A stretch of 64,000 nt of DNA, taken from contig CAVUKB010000007.1 in the NCBI GenBank assembly GCA_963741955.1, forward strand, positions 448,001-512,000, read 5' to 3'. Shown here piece after piece: positions 10,267 through 19,739 of this stretch. The position numbers and the translations under genes were made by a program. Numbering within the stretch: the first letter of the stretch is position 1; each line of letters begins with the position of its first letter. This stretch comes from an uncultured Acidobacteriota bacterium (lineage in GTDB: Bacteria; Acidobacteriota; Thermoanaerobaculia; Gp7-AA8). The notes beneath the pieces are model-generated. The model saw only the letters and a program-made list of their open reading frames with translations. It was not told the origin of the DNA and ran no database searches.

Positions 10267-10622
10267 TTACGTTCGATCCTGGTCGGGTCCTGCGATCCGT
10301 TCAAGCAGCGCGGCGACCTCGGTGCGCTGCGGCGGCAAGTCGTTCTCGACCACGGTCGAGACGATCTCGAGATCGATCCCGAAATAGTCATGGACGAGGA
10401 TATGTCGTGTGCCAATGATGTCTTTCATCGGATCTCCGGCGCGAGTTCCCTGATGGACTCAGGAACTCGACTTGCCGCCTCGCCGATCAGCTGGAGGTGA
10501 CGCACGATCCAGCTCTGAATCAGCTCGTCTTCGTCGAACACCGTCCGTCCTCGCGCGGCATACCGTTCGATGCGCTCGATTGCCTCGAGGATGTCCCGGA
10601 GTCGTTCAGCCGGATCCCTCAA
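10267..10622 (-). pseudogene. hepT: HepT/DUF86 HEPN RNase toxin, frameshifted
   Basis: (L)[18 protein letters not shown]...LQLIGEAASRVP...PEI then a stop at 10425; continues in another frame as KDIIGTRHILVHDYFGIDLEIV (R-x4-H motif). Confidence 0.8.
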
Positions 10623-10915
10623 ACCGGGACCGCCTCGGCCAGAATACGTTGGCGGATCCGCGGCCGGAGACCTCGCTCGGTGACCACGTCCACACGGCAT
10701 CCGAGAATCTCCTGCAGCTCGATCGAAAGGCCGCCGAGATCAAAGAGTGAGCGCCCGGCTTCCATCTCGACGAGCAGATCGATGTCGCTCTCCGCGTCGG
10801 CATCTCCTCGCGCGACCGAACCAAACACGCGGACATTTCTTGCGCCATGGCTCCGCGCGGCGCGAAGAATGCGGTCCCTGTTCTCTCGGAGCAGCTCCTC
10901 ATGCGTGCGGTTCAT
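10619..10915 (-). CDS. mntA: Minimal nucleotidyltransferase (MNT) antitoxin
   Basis: [23 protein letters not shown] (GS-x10-DxD); [11 protein letters not shown]. Confidence 0.9.
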   Translation of the reverse strand: MNRTHEELLRENRDRILRAARSHGARNVRVFGSVARGDADAESDIDLLVEMEAGRSLFDLGGLSIELQEILGCRVDVVTERGLRPRIRQRILAEAVPV

Positions 10916-10989
10916 CGACTGATTCTAACCCGTTGTGCGGGTGACTGAGTCCCTCCAGGCGCGGTCATACCCGGCCAGAACGCCGGCCA

Positions 10990-11598
10990 CTACCTCGAGC
11001 CGAAGAGGGGAAGCTGGCTCGCGGCGCTCTCCTCGTCGCCGTTCTCCTCGATCTCGACCTTCCGGCCGCCGAGCCGGGTGGTGACGGCGCGTTCGGCGAC
11101 GGCGATCCAGCGCTTTCGTGGGAGGCCCTCGAGATCGAGGTGGTCGATCTTCCAGTCCGCAAGAAGCAGCCGGACCCGGCGGTCGATCGCGGTCTGGAAG
11201 TCGGGGTCGACGTCACGCACGCCGTCGGTCTGGGTCGGGCCGCGGCCTGCAGGGACGCGCAGCAGGAGGTCGTAGCTCTGAATCCAGTCGCGAACCAGAC
11301 GCGCGGCCATCGGCTGCTCGCCGGCCGCATGGACGAGGTACGCGTAGTTGTCGATCACCGCCCGGTCGCAGACCACGACCTGGTGCCGTGCCACCATTTC
11401 CAGCTCCCGGGCGATCTGGGAGTGGAGGATCCAGAGCTGGGCGAGGAGGTTCGTCTCCTGGTTGATCGGAAGGGGACAGCCGCGGGCGACCTCCTTGACG
11501 ATCTCGCAGTCGAGGCTCTGCTTCTTGAGCCGCGCTGCCAGCTCGTAGCAGAGCGTCGTCTTGCCGACGCCGTGGGTTCCGATGAAGGCGACCTTCAT
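10990..11598 (-). CDS. AAA_28 / NadR-like P-loop nucleotide kinase family protein
   Basis: MKVAFIGTHGVGKTTL Walker A; EVAR; CDRAVIDNYAY. Confidence 0.8.
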   Translation of the reverse strand: MKVAFIGTHGVGKTTLCYELAARLKKQSLDCEIVKEVARGCPLPINQETNLLAQLWILHSQIARELEMVARHQVVVCDRAVIDNYAYLVHAAGEQPMAARLVRDWIQSYDLLLRVPAGRGPTQTDGVRDVDPDFQTAIDRRVRLLLADWKIDHLDLEGLPRKRWIAVAERAVTTRLGGRKVEIEENGDEESAASQLPLFGSR

Positions 11599-11733
11599 GC
11601 CGGGCGAGCGTAGCAGACCGCGGGCTCGAGGTCGAAGTGCGGAGTCCACCCACCGGGGGACCGGGTTGATCATGAACCTGTCCGGATCGCGACGCGCGTG
11701 ATCCGATGACGGAGCTGTACAATCGTGATGGCG

Positions 11734-11912
11734 ATGAAAACCCATCGGGACGTCGAACAGAGAAGTCTCCGTATGGCGCGGGAGATCGTGAAACGGATCG
11801 ATGCCGACCCGGCAAGAGCGGGTCTCGCGCATGCGCGGGAAGTGTGCCGGCGTTGGGTCGCCCGGGGGAATGTGCCGGCTCGCGAGTGGCTCCAGATTCT
11901 GGAACATCCAAT
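11734..11912 (+). pseudogene. Truncated small protein resembling antitoxin-like partners of nucleotidyltransferase toxins
   Basis: MKTHRDVEQRSLRMAREIVKRIDADP...AREVCRRW...EWLQILEHP, then abrupt loss of coding character before a repeat end at 11973. Confidence 0.4.
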
Positions 11913-11972
11913 GCCTTCGTCGCCGAAGCGGGGTGCGCCTTGCATCCAGGCTGCTCTCCGCCTCCTCGCGAC

Positions 11973-11997
11973 GAGATGGTGTGAGAAATGCGGGCTA
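11973..11997 (-). repeat. Dispersed terminal-type repeat TAGCCCGCATTTCTCACACCATCTC
   Basis: Related longer copies at 30836-30876 and 38088-38128. Confidence 0.65.
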
Positions 11998-12105
11998 ACA
12001 ACTCGTGATCGGATTTCGGGTCCGGAGGTGGCGGTCTGAAGGCCGCGACCCCCGGCTACAGTCAGGCACGTCTCGGGCGCGCTGCGGATTCGGTTTCGGA
12101 GCCCC

Positions 12106-12396
12106 TCATGCGGCTGATTGAAGGTTTTCTCGAATGATTCGTGGATGGCGCGCTGCAATCCGAAGGAGCGCCACAGCCGGGCCTTCCGGATGGCGGCGCC
12201 CCTGCTCCCAGTTGCGGAGAGTGTGGACGCTGATTCCCATCGCGCGCGCGAAATCGACCTGAGTCAATCCGACGAATCGCCGAAGCGCCACGATGTCGGC
12301 GCCCGATTCGAAGCGTCCGTGAGCCAGCCGCTTCCGCACGCTGGCCGGAATGCTCCGCGCGAAGTCTTTCTCGTCGAGCTCCCGATTCTCATTCAT
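12106..12396 (-). CDS. XRE HTH antitoxin (HigA/YiaG-like) partnered with BrnT
   Basis: ALRRFVGLTQVDFARAMGISVHTLRNWEQGRRHPEGPAVALL; overlaps the brnT stop. Confidence 0.85.
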   Translation of the reverse strand: MNENRELDEKDFARSIPASVRKRLAHGRFESGADIVALRRFVGLTQVDFARAMGISVHTLRNWEQGRRHPEGPAVALLRIAARHPRIIRENLQSAA

Positions 12397-12682
12397 CACG
12401 TTTCTCCATCGCCTGATCGAAAAGTCTCTTCTCACGATTCGTCGCGAGCCGGGCACTGATGATTCGAATGATCTCCTCTTCGATCTCGGTCCACACTACG
12501 ACGATCACGCCAAGCTCGATCGGGCCGATGGCGATGAATCGATCTTCCGTCACCGAGTGCTCCTCGTCGAACATCTCCAGGTATTCGACACCGGACGTGA
12601 ACAGATGCTGTGCCTCTTCAAACGAGACGCCGTGCTTGTTTTGATTCGTCCGGTTCTTCGCCTCGTCCCAGAGAATCTCCAC
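12389..12682 (-). CDS. brnT: BrnT family ribonuclease toxin
   Basis: WDEAKNRTNQNKHGVSFEEA...EDRFIAIG...IRIISARLAT. Confidence 0.9.
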   Translation of the reverse strand: MEILWDEAKNRTNQNKHGVSFEEAQHLFTSGVEYLEMFDEEHSVTEDRFIAIGPIELGVIVVVWTEIEEEIIRIISARLATNREKRLFDQAMEKRDE

Positions 12683-12726
12683 CTGCGAATTCTAAGCCAT
12701 TGGCGGAGTCGAACGAAATCGGATCT

Positions 12727-13080
12727 GCAGAAGATCTCCGGCACCGCTGCCGCGGTGCCCACAGTTCGCGATGAGCTCTTCGCTTCCGGGGGTGCCGGCC
12801 TGACGGCCGAAACCTTCGGCTGCAATCAGGCACGCTTCCGGCGTGCGACTTTCGCGACGGCGCTCCGGGGCGGGAGCGTCATCGGGCGCGAAGAGAGCGA
12901 TTCGTTCGAGAGCGGTTCTTCTTGGGCCGACCCGGTGTTCTCTGATCCAGCCGGCTCCGGATCGCGGTCCGGCAGGTCTGTGAACGTGTGGCCCACCACC
13001 TTCCGATCACCGAACCGATGATCGCGCCTGCCGCGAATTCGATGCCGTGTCTGAGGAATCCGAAGTTGAAGTCGCGGCTC
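12727..13080 (-). pseudogene. Diverged, internally deleted duplicate of the 3' end of the PAP2 gene and its downstream flank
   Basis: 12727-13041 matches 14769-15081, and 13041-13080 matches 15237-15276. Confidence 0.8.
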
Positions 13081-13081
13081 C

Positions 13082-13156
13082 GAGGCCAAATTCGTTCGGA
13101 TTCGAGGTGCGTAGCGGTGGCCACTCGCCGAAAATCCGGACGGGTCTGGACCGCTG
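13082..13156 (-). repeat. Internal fragment of the 159-bp MITE-like element
   Basis: Reverse complement of the MITE core (CAGCGGTCCAGACCCGTCCGGATTTTCGGCGAG...CCGAACGAATTTGGCCTC). Confidence 0.75.
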
Positions 13157-13192
13157 ACTCTGGTGAGACGAATCACAGCGCAGGCAACGCTC

Positions 13193-13229
13193 TTGCACTC
13201 ATACGGATTAGGAGAGTATTGTCTCCGTA
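13193..13229 (+). promoter_or_regulatory. Sigma70-like promoter with overlapping inverted repeat, upstream of the xre-RES pair
   Basis: TTGCAC-N18-TATTGT; TACGGA...TCCGTA inverted repeat; GGAGG RBS follows. Confidence 0.5.
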
Positions 13230-13243
13230 CACGGAGGACCTCG

Positions 13244-13681
13244 ATGCCGTCCAGTACAGAGTATCCCGCGACGCGGTACGCCCCCTCGCCCCTCATCGAT
13301 CTCTCCTCGCGTGCCGAGCGGGAACGGCTGAGCAGCTCCGCGATCCGCGGGTTCTTCAACATCGTCGAGCGCTGGGGCGTGCGTGACGAGGACGCGCGCG
13401 CCCTCCTCGGCGGGATCTCGAATGGCCCCTACTATGAGCTGAAGAAGAACCCCGACCGCGTGCTCGACGCCGACCGGTTGCTCCGTATCTCCTACCTCGT
13501 CGGCATCTTCAAGGCGCTCAATATCCTCTATTCGAGAAAGCTCGCCGACGCGTGGATCACCCTTCCGAACAGCAACCGCATCTTCGGCGGCCAGACGCCG
13601 CTCGAAACCATGATGAAAGGCGGCCTGCCGGCGATGCAGACGGTTCGCCGCCTCCTCGACGCGCGCCGGGGCGGGCGGTGA
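13244..13681 (+). CDS. Xre/MbcA/ParS-type antitoxin
   Basis: RISYLVGIFKALNILY...AWITLPNSNRIFGGQTPL...VRRLLDARRG. Confidence 0.88.
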   Translation: MPSSTEYPATRYAPSPLIDLSSRAERERLSSSAIRGFFNIVERWGVRDEDARALLGGISNGPYYELKKNPDRVLDADRLLRISYLVGIFKALNILYSRKLADAWITLPNSNRIFGGQTPLETMMKGGLPAMQTVRRLLDARRGGR

Positions 13682-14361
13682 AGCTGCCGGAGCGCCGCCT
13701 GATCAGGCGGAACAATACGCACCGGCTGATCCCCTCACACTACACCGACCGCGGCGAGAGCGTTCTCGCGGAGATCGCGGACGATGACGCGCATCTTCAC
13801 GACCTCTTCGACCTCGACCACGCCAGGAACGAACGGCTCCTCGCCGAGAACGATCTCCTCCCCGGCATCGGCAGCCACGAGCTGGTGTTCGGAGTCCCCT
13901 GCTTCCGCATCATCAACGCGGCGTTCTCTCACGCGCATCCGCTCGGCAGTCGCTTCAACGCTCCCGACCGCGGCGCCTGGTACGCATCGTTCGATCTGGC
14001 GACCGCCCACGCCGAGGTGGCGTACCACAAATGGATCGAACTGGCGGAGATCGGCTGGAGCGAGGAGGAGATGACGTTCGACGATTACCTCGCGGATTTC
14101 AGCGCGGAGTTCCACGACATCCGCGGAGACGAGCGTTTCCGCGACGCGCTGGCGCTCGACAGCTACCTGTTCTCGCAGCGGCTCGCCCAGGAGCTCCTCG
14201 ACGCGGGATCCCTCGGCATCGTCTACCCCGCGGTGCGGCGAAGCAAGGGAACCTGCCTCGCCTGTTTCCGCCCACCGCTGGTGATGAACGTGAGGAAGGG
14301 AGCGACGTACCGCTACCGTTGGCGCGGACGGCCGGAACCGTCGGTGTCGGTGGTGCGGTGA
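13678..14361 (+). CDS. RES domain toxin (NAD+ phosphorylase family)
   Basis: THRLIPS, GSRFNAPDRGAWYAS, TAHAEVAYH, SYLFSQRLA...GIVYPAVR; GTGA overlap with the antitoxin. Confidence 0.88.
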   Translation: MKLPERRLIRRNNTHRLIPSHYTDRGESVLAEIADDDAHLHDLFDLDHARNERLLAENDLLPGIGSHELVFGVPCFRIINAAFSHAHPLGSRFNAPDRGAWYASFDLATAHAEVAYHKWIELAEIGWSEEEMTFDDYLADFSAEFHDIRGDERFRDALALDSYLFSQRLAQELLDAGSLGIVYPAVRRSKGTCLACFRPPLVMNVRKGATYRYRWRGRPEPSVSVVR

Positions 14362-14456
14362 GGGGGCGGCGTTTTCTCGCGTCTCTGCGTTCAGTGGCTG
14401 AAGGTCCGGATTTGCGCGAGAGGCACGGGGCGAGTGGGTGGCGGCGTCGAATTCTC

Positions 14457-14537
14457 TTTTTCGGGGTTGCCCCTCACCCTGACCCTCTCCCCGAACGCGA
14501 ATCTCGGCTGAAGACATGACCCCGGACGGGGAGAGGC
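14457..14537 (+). repeat. REP-like hairpin (CCCTCACCCTGACCCTCTCCCCG...CGGGGAGAGG)
   Basis: Second copy at 15785-15865 shares TTTTCGGGGTT...CTGAAGACATGACCCC. Confidence 0.7.
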
Positions 14538-14632
14538 GAGTCGTCGCGAGGGTGGCGAGTCGCGGCTGCGGATTCGGCGGCTGGAGTTGTCATTCAGACC
14601 GTCGTCGAGCCGGAGGTATACTGTCCCCTTCC

Positions 14633-14772
14633 ATGACTCAGGTGCTCCGCACGGGCGATCTCCTCTCCCGCTTCCGGATCGTTGCGCCGATCGGGAGCGG
14701 CGGATGGGGCAGGTCCACAAGGCGATGGACGATTCGCTGGAGCGTCCGGTCGCGCTCGAGATCCTCCCGCAG
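14633..14772 (+). pseudogene. N-terminal fragment of a Hanks-type Ser/Thr kinase
   Basis: MTQVLRTGDLLSRFRIVAPIGSGG/MGQVHKAMDDSLERPVALEILP: GxGGMG loop with a frameshift, VALK lysine replaced by Glu, truncated. Confidence 0.7.
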
Positions 14773-14918
14773 AAGATCTCCGGCACCGCTGCCGCGGTGC
14801 ACACAGTTTTACGATCGGGCTCGGGCCCGGGGGTGGCGGCCTGACGGCCGCAACCTCCGGCTACAATCAGGCACACCTCCGTCGTGCGACTTTCGCGACG
14901 ACGCTCCGGGCGGGAGCG

Positions 14919-15686
14919 TCATCCGGCGCGAAGCGAGCGATCCGTTCGAGAGCGGTTCTCGTCGGCCGACCCGGCGTTCTCTGATCCAGCCGGCTCCGGA
15001 CCGCGGTCCGGCACGTTTGCGAACGTGTGGCCCACCACCCTTCCGATCACCGAACCAATGATCGCGCCTGCCGCGAATTCGGAGAACCAGTGGATGCTGA
15101 CCGAGACCGCGAGGCCGACATAGAACGCATACAAGAGCGCGGCGGCTTTGAGCGGTCTGTTCTTTGGGACCAGCGTGATCAGAGCGACCGCCATCGCGAA
15201 CGCGATCGTCGCGTGCGAGGAGGGCCAACCCCAGAAGATGCCGTGTCTGAGGAATCCGAAGTTGAAGTCACGGCTCGTGTCCGTGAGTGCGCCGCCGAAC
15301 GGTGGCTGCATGCGGCCGGTGAAGGCCTTGTACGCCGAGCTGACGAGGCTCCCGATGAGTGCCGCCTGGCCCAGCGTATACGCGAGCTTCTTCGAAGCGT
15401 CGCTCGTCCGAACGTAGCCGATCAGCAGCATTCCGACCGGAACCAGGAGTGGAATGAACGCGCCGAGGATGACCGCGGGGAAGATCAGCAGACGGGGAAT
15501 CCCGCGCGTGTTGACGAAGTACCACCAGTCGAACCCGGAAAGGACGAGAGCGGCGGTGAGCGCGATCGCCACGACGTGCCAGAGAGTGTTCCATCCCAGA
15601 AAGGCGTTCGCGACGTCTCGCGGAATCGTACGGAGGAACATCCTGAGATACCGGGGACGCTCGATGTCGTTACGTCTCTCGTCCAT
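14919..15686 (-). CDS. PAP2 family phosphatase, membrane protein
   Basis: KAFTGRMQP, WPSSH and IHWFSE motifs; several TM segments. Confidence 0.85.
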   Translation of the reverse strand: MDERRNDIERPRYLRMFLRTIPRDVANAFLGWNTLWHVVAIALTAALVLSGFDWWYFVNTRGIPRLLIFPAVILGAFIPLLVPVGMLLIGYVRTSDASKKLAYTLGQAALIGSLVSSAYKAFTGRMQPPFGGALTDTSRDFNFGFLRHGIFWGWPSSHATIAFAMAVALITLVPKNRPLKAAALLYAFYVGLAVSVSIHWFSEFAAGAIIGSVIGRVVGHTFANVPDRGPEPAGSENAGSADENRSRTDRSLRAG

Positions 15687-16077
15687 TTCGAAGATTCCTC
15701 TCGCGTGATATCCGTTGGGATTCGAATTTCCGATCCTGCTCGGCGCACGATACACGGCTCGTCCGGACCTCTTTCGCAATCAATTTTCGGGGTTACCCTC
15801 ACCTTCTCCTCTCCCCGAATCGCGGACCGTGACTGAAGACATGACCCCAAACGGGAAGAGGTGAGGCAGGATGAGAGGGAGTGAGTACCGGCCTGGACGG
15901 CTCGGGATTCTGCTCGCTGCTTTGTGAACTCTGCTGCGAAACTCCGGCGCGCCTTCGGGGTGCGAGGAATGATCGCGCTCCTCTCTTTTCGGTGGTGCCT
16001 GAATTCCGTACGCTGAACGCTGCATTCCGCATTCCGCATTCCGCGATCGTCGCCCGTGCGTCCGCGGTTCCTTTCCC

Positions 16078-16401
16078 TCAGCTCTCGCCGCCGACCTTCG
16101 TGCGCTTCGCCGGTCCCGTCGCGTTCCAGCGGGTTCCGAGCCAGTGGCCGGCGGCGAACACCACGACGTCGACGACGGAGTTCGGGATCGATTCCGGTCC
16201 CGAGACGTTGAAGAGCGCTTGTCCCCATCCTCGGCGCTGCGCGAATTGCTCGATGATCTCGTATCCAACCGAGAGCGTCATCGCGGTTCGGAAGCGAATG
16301 TCCACCAGCCCCATGGCGAGACCGGAGGTGAGGTGGATGAGCGTCCAGGGGTCGATCGCCGCTTGGTTCTGTTCCGCCTTTCGTCGCGCAACGAGTTTCA
16401 T
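16078..16401 (-). CDS. Small hypothetical membrane-associated protein
   Basis: DPWTLIHLTSG...GYEIIEQ...ESIPNSVVDV pattern; AAGGACGGGA upstream. Confidence 0.65.
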   Translation of the reverse strand: MKLVARRKAEQNQAAIDPWTLIHLTSGLAMGLVDIRFRTAMTLSVGYEIIEQFAQRRGWGQALFNVSGPESIPNSVVDVVVFAAGHWLGTRWNATGPAKRTKVGGES

Positions 16402-16544
16402 CGCTTCCCGTCCTTCGTCATCGAACGTTGCCGTTGAGAGTTCCCTGCAAAGAGCACAGCAAGCTTCACTCCGTCGTGGAATCCCGCCCGGGAACAATCG
16501 GCTTTCGGAGCCCAGAAGCCAGAAGCTTCAGGGATCCCCAGTCA

Positions 16545-17831
16545 CTACCTCGTCAGGCGCTCGATGAAGATCGCGGTCCGTTTGATCAGGATCGGAAGCG
16601 ATGCGAGATCCACTGTTTCGTCCGGTGTATGCGAGCCGTCGCCGCGCGCGCCGATCCCGTCGATCGAGTCGACGTACGGAGCGACGAACGAGACGTCTCC
16701 CGCGCCACGCTCGCCCGGATCGAGCGCCGGAACGGTGCCGAACCCGAGGTCCTGACTCGCGCGGTCGAGAACTTTCAGGAGAGCGTAGTTGCCGTCGGTC
16801 GGCGACATCGCAGGATATTCATCGTGGAAGTTGATGGTCGCCGAAGTGAGCGGGAGATGCTGCGCGACGATGGAGCGCATCGTCTCCTTGGCGGCGTCGC
16901 GCTGATCGTTGGAGAGGAAGCGGAGATCGCCGGTGACGATCACGCTGCGTGCGACGACGTTGGTCTTTCCGGAAGCCGTTCCGCGGTGCGAGTCTTCGTC
17001 GAACGTCACGTCCGTGCCGCCGTTGATCACACTCGGATTGAACGTGAGGTACTTCTCTTCGTGCAGCTTGACGTAGAACGCGTCGAGAATCCGGGCCGCC
17101 TCGAAGACGGCGCCTGCGCCGGTGTTCGGGTCGAAGATCCCGGCGGAGTGCGCCTGGGTGCCGGTGACGTCGAGGCGCCAGGTCGTCACGCCGCGGCGTG
17201 CCACGGTTGCGGTGTCGCCGACGCTCGCCTCGAATCCGAGCGCCGCGTTCGAGCGTTTCGCCGCGTCGATCATGTCGCGGCGGCTGGTGCTGACCGGATC
17301 GCCGGCGTCTTCTTCGTCTCCGGAGAAGAAGACGATGATGCGCCGGTTCTTCAGTGCTCCCGCATCGTGCAGCGCGTGGAGCGCGGCAAGAATGATCGCA
17401 TTCCCTCCCTTCATGTCGACCGAACCGTTCCCATGGCCGGTCTCGCCGGTCACCGACCATCCGGCGCCTTCGAGGACCGTGTCGAGGTGACCGATGAGGA
17501 GAAGCCGCTTTCCCTTCGATCCGTCGATCTCGCCGACCAGATGTCCGGCGCGATTCATCGCGTCAGGCATCGGGATCCACTTCGTGGTGAATCCGAGTTT
17601 CTGGAGCTCTTTCGCGTAATAGTCCGCCATCGCGTGGACGCCCTTCAGATCCTGAGTGGCGCTCGGGATGTCGACCGACTGCTGCAGGAGCGTGAGCGTC
17701 TCCGGCATCTGCTGGTCGACGAGCGAGACGATCCGTTTCTCCCGACGGTCGAGACCTGCGGCGACGAGAGGGGGCGAGGTGAGTGCGAACGCGAGGCATG
17801 CAGCGACGAGGAGGGCGAGGCGTCTCTTCAT
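16545..17831 (-). CDS. Secreted M20/M25/M40 metallopeptidase (glutamate carboxypeptidase-like)
   Basis: Signal peptide; LLIGHLDTV, DMKGG, GDEE, GSHTPDE metal ligands. Confidence 0.9.
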   Translation of the reverse strand: MKRRLALLVAACLAFALTSPPLVAAGLDRREKRIVSLVDQQMPETLTLLQQSVDIPSATQDLKGVHAMADYYAKELQKLGFTTKWIPMPDAMNRAGHLVGEIDGSKGKRLLLIGHLDTVLEGAGWSVTGETGHGNGSVDMKGGNAIILAALHALHDAGALKNRRIIVFFSGDEEDAGDPVSTSRRDMIDAAKRSNAALGFEASVGDTATVARRGVTTWRLDVTGTQAHSAGIFDPNTGAGAVFEAARILDAFYVKLHEEKYLTFNPSVINGGTDVTFDEDSHRGTASGKTNVVARSVIVTGDLRFLSNDQRDAAKETMRSIVAQHLPLTSATINFHDEYPAMSPTDGNYALLKVLDRASQDLGFGTVPALDPGERGAGDVSFVAPYVDSIDGIGARGDGSHTPDETVDLASLPILIKRTAIFIERLTR

Positions 17832-18306
17832 GTGCGAATCGTAGCAGTTCCGCCGCCGGTGATGGGATGTCGATCGCAGGTCGGAGATGGCAATGCCCGG
17901 TGCACGAATGTCGAGATCGGACGAAGGGTCACGTCGCGTGACGTTTCCTGCACCCCTGGGTGCCTCTTCCGAAGTCCGGACGTCGCGAACCTCCCGCACG
18001 CCTTCGGCGCGCTTTTCGCTTGCGACTCGGATTGGGTCAGGTGAAGGAACGAGGCGTGTTGTCTGACTTGCGACTCGGATTGGGTATCGATCGGGGTGGC
18101 TCCCTCCCGCACGCCTTCGGCATTCCGTCCGGCATGCCTCTTCTTTGCGGGTTACCTCCGATTGTCTAAACTCGAGGTACGCATTCGGCGTGAGATCGGA
18201 GACCGAGACGATGAATGCCGAATGCGGAAGAGAGATCCGGATCTGGAGCGTGAAAATCGACATCGGGAGTTGAGAAGACGATGCGACCCGGCATCGCGGA
18301 GCGTAT

Positions 18307-19020
18307 ATGAGTCAGAAACGAGAGTCGGCGGCGTGTCAGATCTGCGGAACGGCAAAGCACGGCATGCTGCGAAGAGCGATGATCGTGCGCCCTGCCATCG
18401 CGGATCTCATTCGCGAGGAGAAGGGGTCGTTCGACGAACGGGGATGGATCTGTCTCGACGATCTCGACCGCCTGCAGGCGCGCTACGTCCACTCCCTCGT
18501 TGAAAGTGAAGAGGGAGAGCTGACCGCGCTGGATCTCGAAGTTCTCCGCAGCCTCGAGGAGCAGGAGATTCTCAGTCGGAACCCGGACGCCGTGTTCGAC
18601 GCGAAACTCTCTTTCGGCGATCGCCTTTCGGATCGCATCGCGGACTTCGGCGGCAGCTGGACCTTCATCATCATCTTCGCGATCCTTCTCTTCTCCTGGA
18701 TGCTGATCAACTCCGCGCTCCTGGTCGTCCATCCCTTCGACCCCTATCCGTTCATCCTTCTCAACCTGGTTCTCTCCACCCTCGCGGCGATCCAGGCGCC
18801 GGTGATCATGATGAGCCAGAACCGGCAGGAGGCGCGGGACCGCGAGCGCGCGGTGCACGACTATCAGGTGAACCTCAAGGCGGAGCTCGAGATCCGCCAG
18901 CTGCATCAGAAGATCGACCACCTTCTCTCGCATCAGTGGGAGCGGCTGGTGGAGATCCAGGAGATCCAGATGGAGCTGATGGAGGAGATGCGGAAGCCGA
19001 AGGGAAGCGGGACGAAGTAG
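18307..19020 (+). CDS. DUF1003 membrane protein
   Basis: FGGSWTFII, FDPYPFILLNLVLS, APVIMMSQNRQ, DYQVNLKAELEI. Confidence 0.9.
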   Translation: MSQKRESAACQICGTAKHGMLRRAMIVRPAIADLIREEKGSFDERGWICLDDLDRLQARYVHSLVESEEGELTALDLEVLRSLEEQEILSRNPDAVFDAKLSFGDRLSDRIADFGGSWTFIIIFAILLFSWMLINSALLVVHPFDPYPFILLNLVLSTLAAIQAPVIMMSQNRQEARDRERAVHDYQVNLKAELEIRQLHQKIDHLLSHQWERLVEIQEIQMELMEEMRKPKGSGTK

Positions 19021-19124
19021 TTGCCCGGTCGGTCTGCTCCGAAGATGTCCCGCGTTTACGCATCCCTGCTGCGTCCATCCGGAATTCGAATCTTCTTCCC
19101 CGCATTTTCCCCACTCGGATTCTC

Positions 19125-19736
19125 ATGTCCCAGACGCTCTTCCTCCTCTCTCCGGCGAATCTCCGGGGCGTTCGCGCGAAACAGCTCCTCTCCCCGCGGG
19201 CCGAGTTCTCCGCCGCGCGCGCCTATCGCTCGCCGGATGGTGTTCCGATCGAAGACGCGTTCTCGTTCATGAGTGCTCTCTATTTCCGCGGCAAGGTCGC
19301 GTATGCACGACGGTTCGCGTCGGTGCTCGACGAGGGGGCGAGCGGCGCGTTCGTGATCGCTCCCGGATTCGGCCTCGTGCCGCTGGGATGGCGCCTCACG
19401 CCCGAGCGGGTGAAGAGACTTCGCCGGATTCCGGTGGACCCGAGGCGTCCTGCCTACCGGAAGCCGCTCAATGACGCGGCGAAGCTTCTCGCGGAGCGTC
19501 TTCCGTCCGACGCGAAGGTGGTCCTCCTCGGCAGCGTCGCCACCGGAAAGTACGTCGACATTCTCTGGCCTCTCTTCGGGGATCGCTTCCGCTTCCCCCG
19601 CGCGTTCGCCGGAATCGGCGACATGAGCCGCGGAGCGTTGATGCTCCGCGCGGCGGCGTCGGGGGAGGAGCTCGAATACGTGCCGCTCGACGCGCAACGG
19701 TCGAAAGCGAGAGGCGCGAGGCTAGCTAGAGGCTAA
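19125..19736 (+). CDS. Conserved hypothetical protein
   Basis: Globular ORF with motifs FLLSPAN, FSFMSALYFRGK, VVLLGSVATGKY, GDMSRG. Confidence 0.7.
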   Translation: MSQTLFLLSPANLRGVRAKQLLSPRAEFSAARAYRSPDGVPIEDAFSFMSALYFRGKVAYARRFASVLDEGASGAFVIAPGFGLVPLGWRLTPERVKRLRRIPVDPRRPAYRKPLNDAAKLLAERLPSDAKVVLLGSVATGKYVDILWPLFGDRFRFPRAFAGIGDMSRGALMLRAAASGEELEYVPLDAQRSKARGARLARG

Positions 19737-19739
19737 AAG

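Noticed and set aside
2971-14361. Classical integron
   Set aside because: No tyrosine recombinase/intI in the window, and no convincing RYYYAAC...GTTRRRY attC pairs seen at gene ends
16078-16401. Pup/UBact-like tag for the PafA-like ligase (ends ...VGGES)
   Set aside because: Ends in GGES, not GGE/GGQ; hydrophobic and membrane-like rather than acidic and disordered; not in the ligase operon
16545-17831. DapE for the lysine operon
   Set aside because: Has a signal peptide and a carboxypeptidase G2-like pattern; DapE is cytoplasmic
17985-18125. Short duplicated motifs (CTCCCGCACGCCTTCGGC; TTGCGACTCGGATTGGG) between the M20 and DUF1003 genes
   Set aside because: Only two copies each with no clear structure; probably REP debris, too little to support a call
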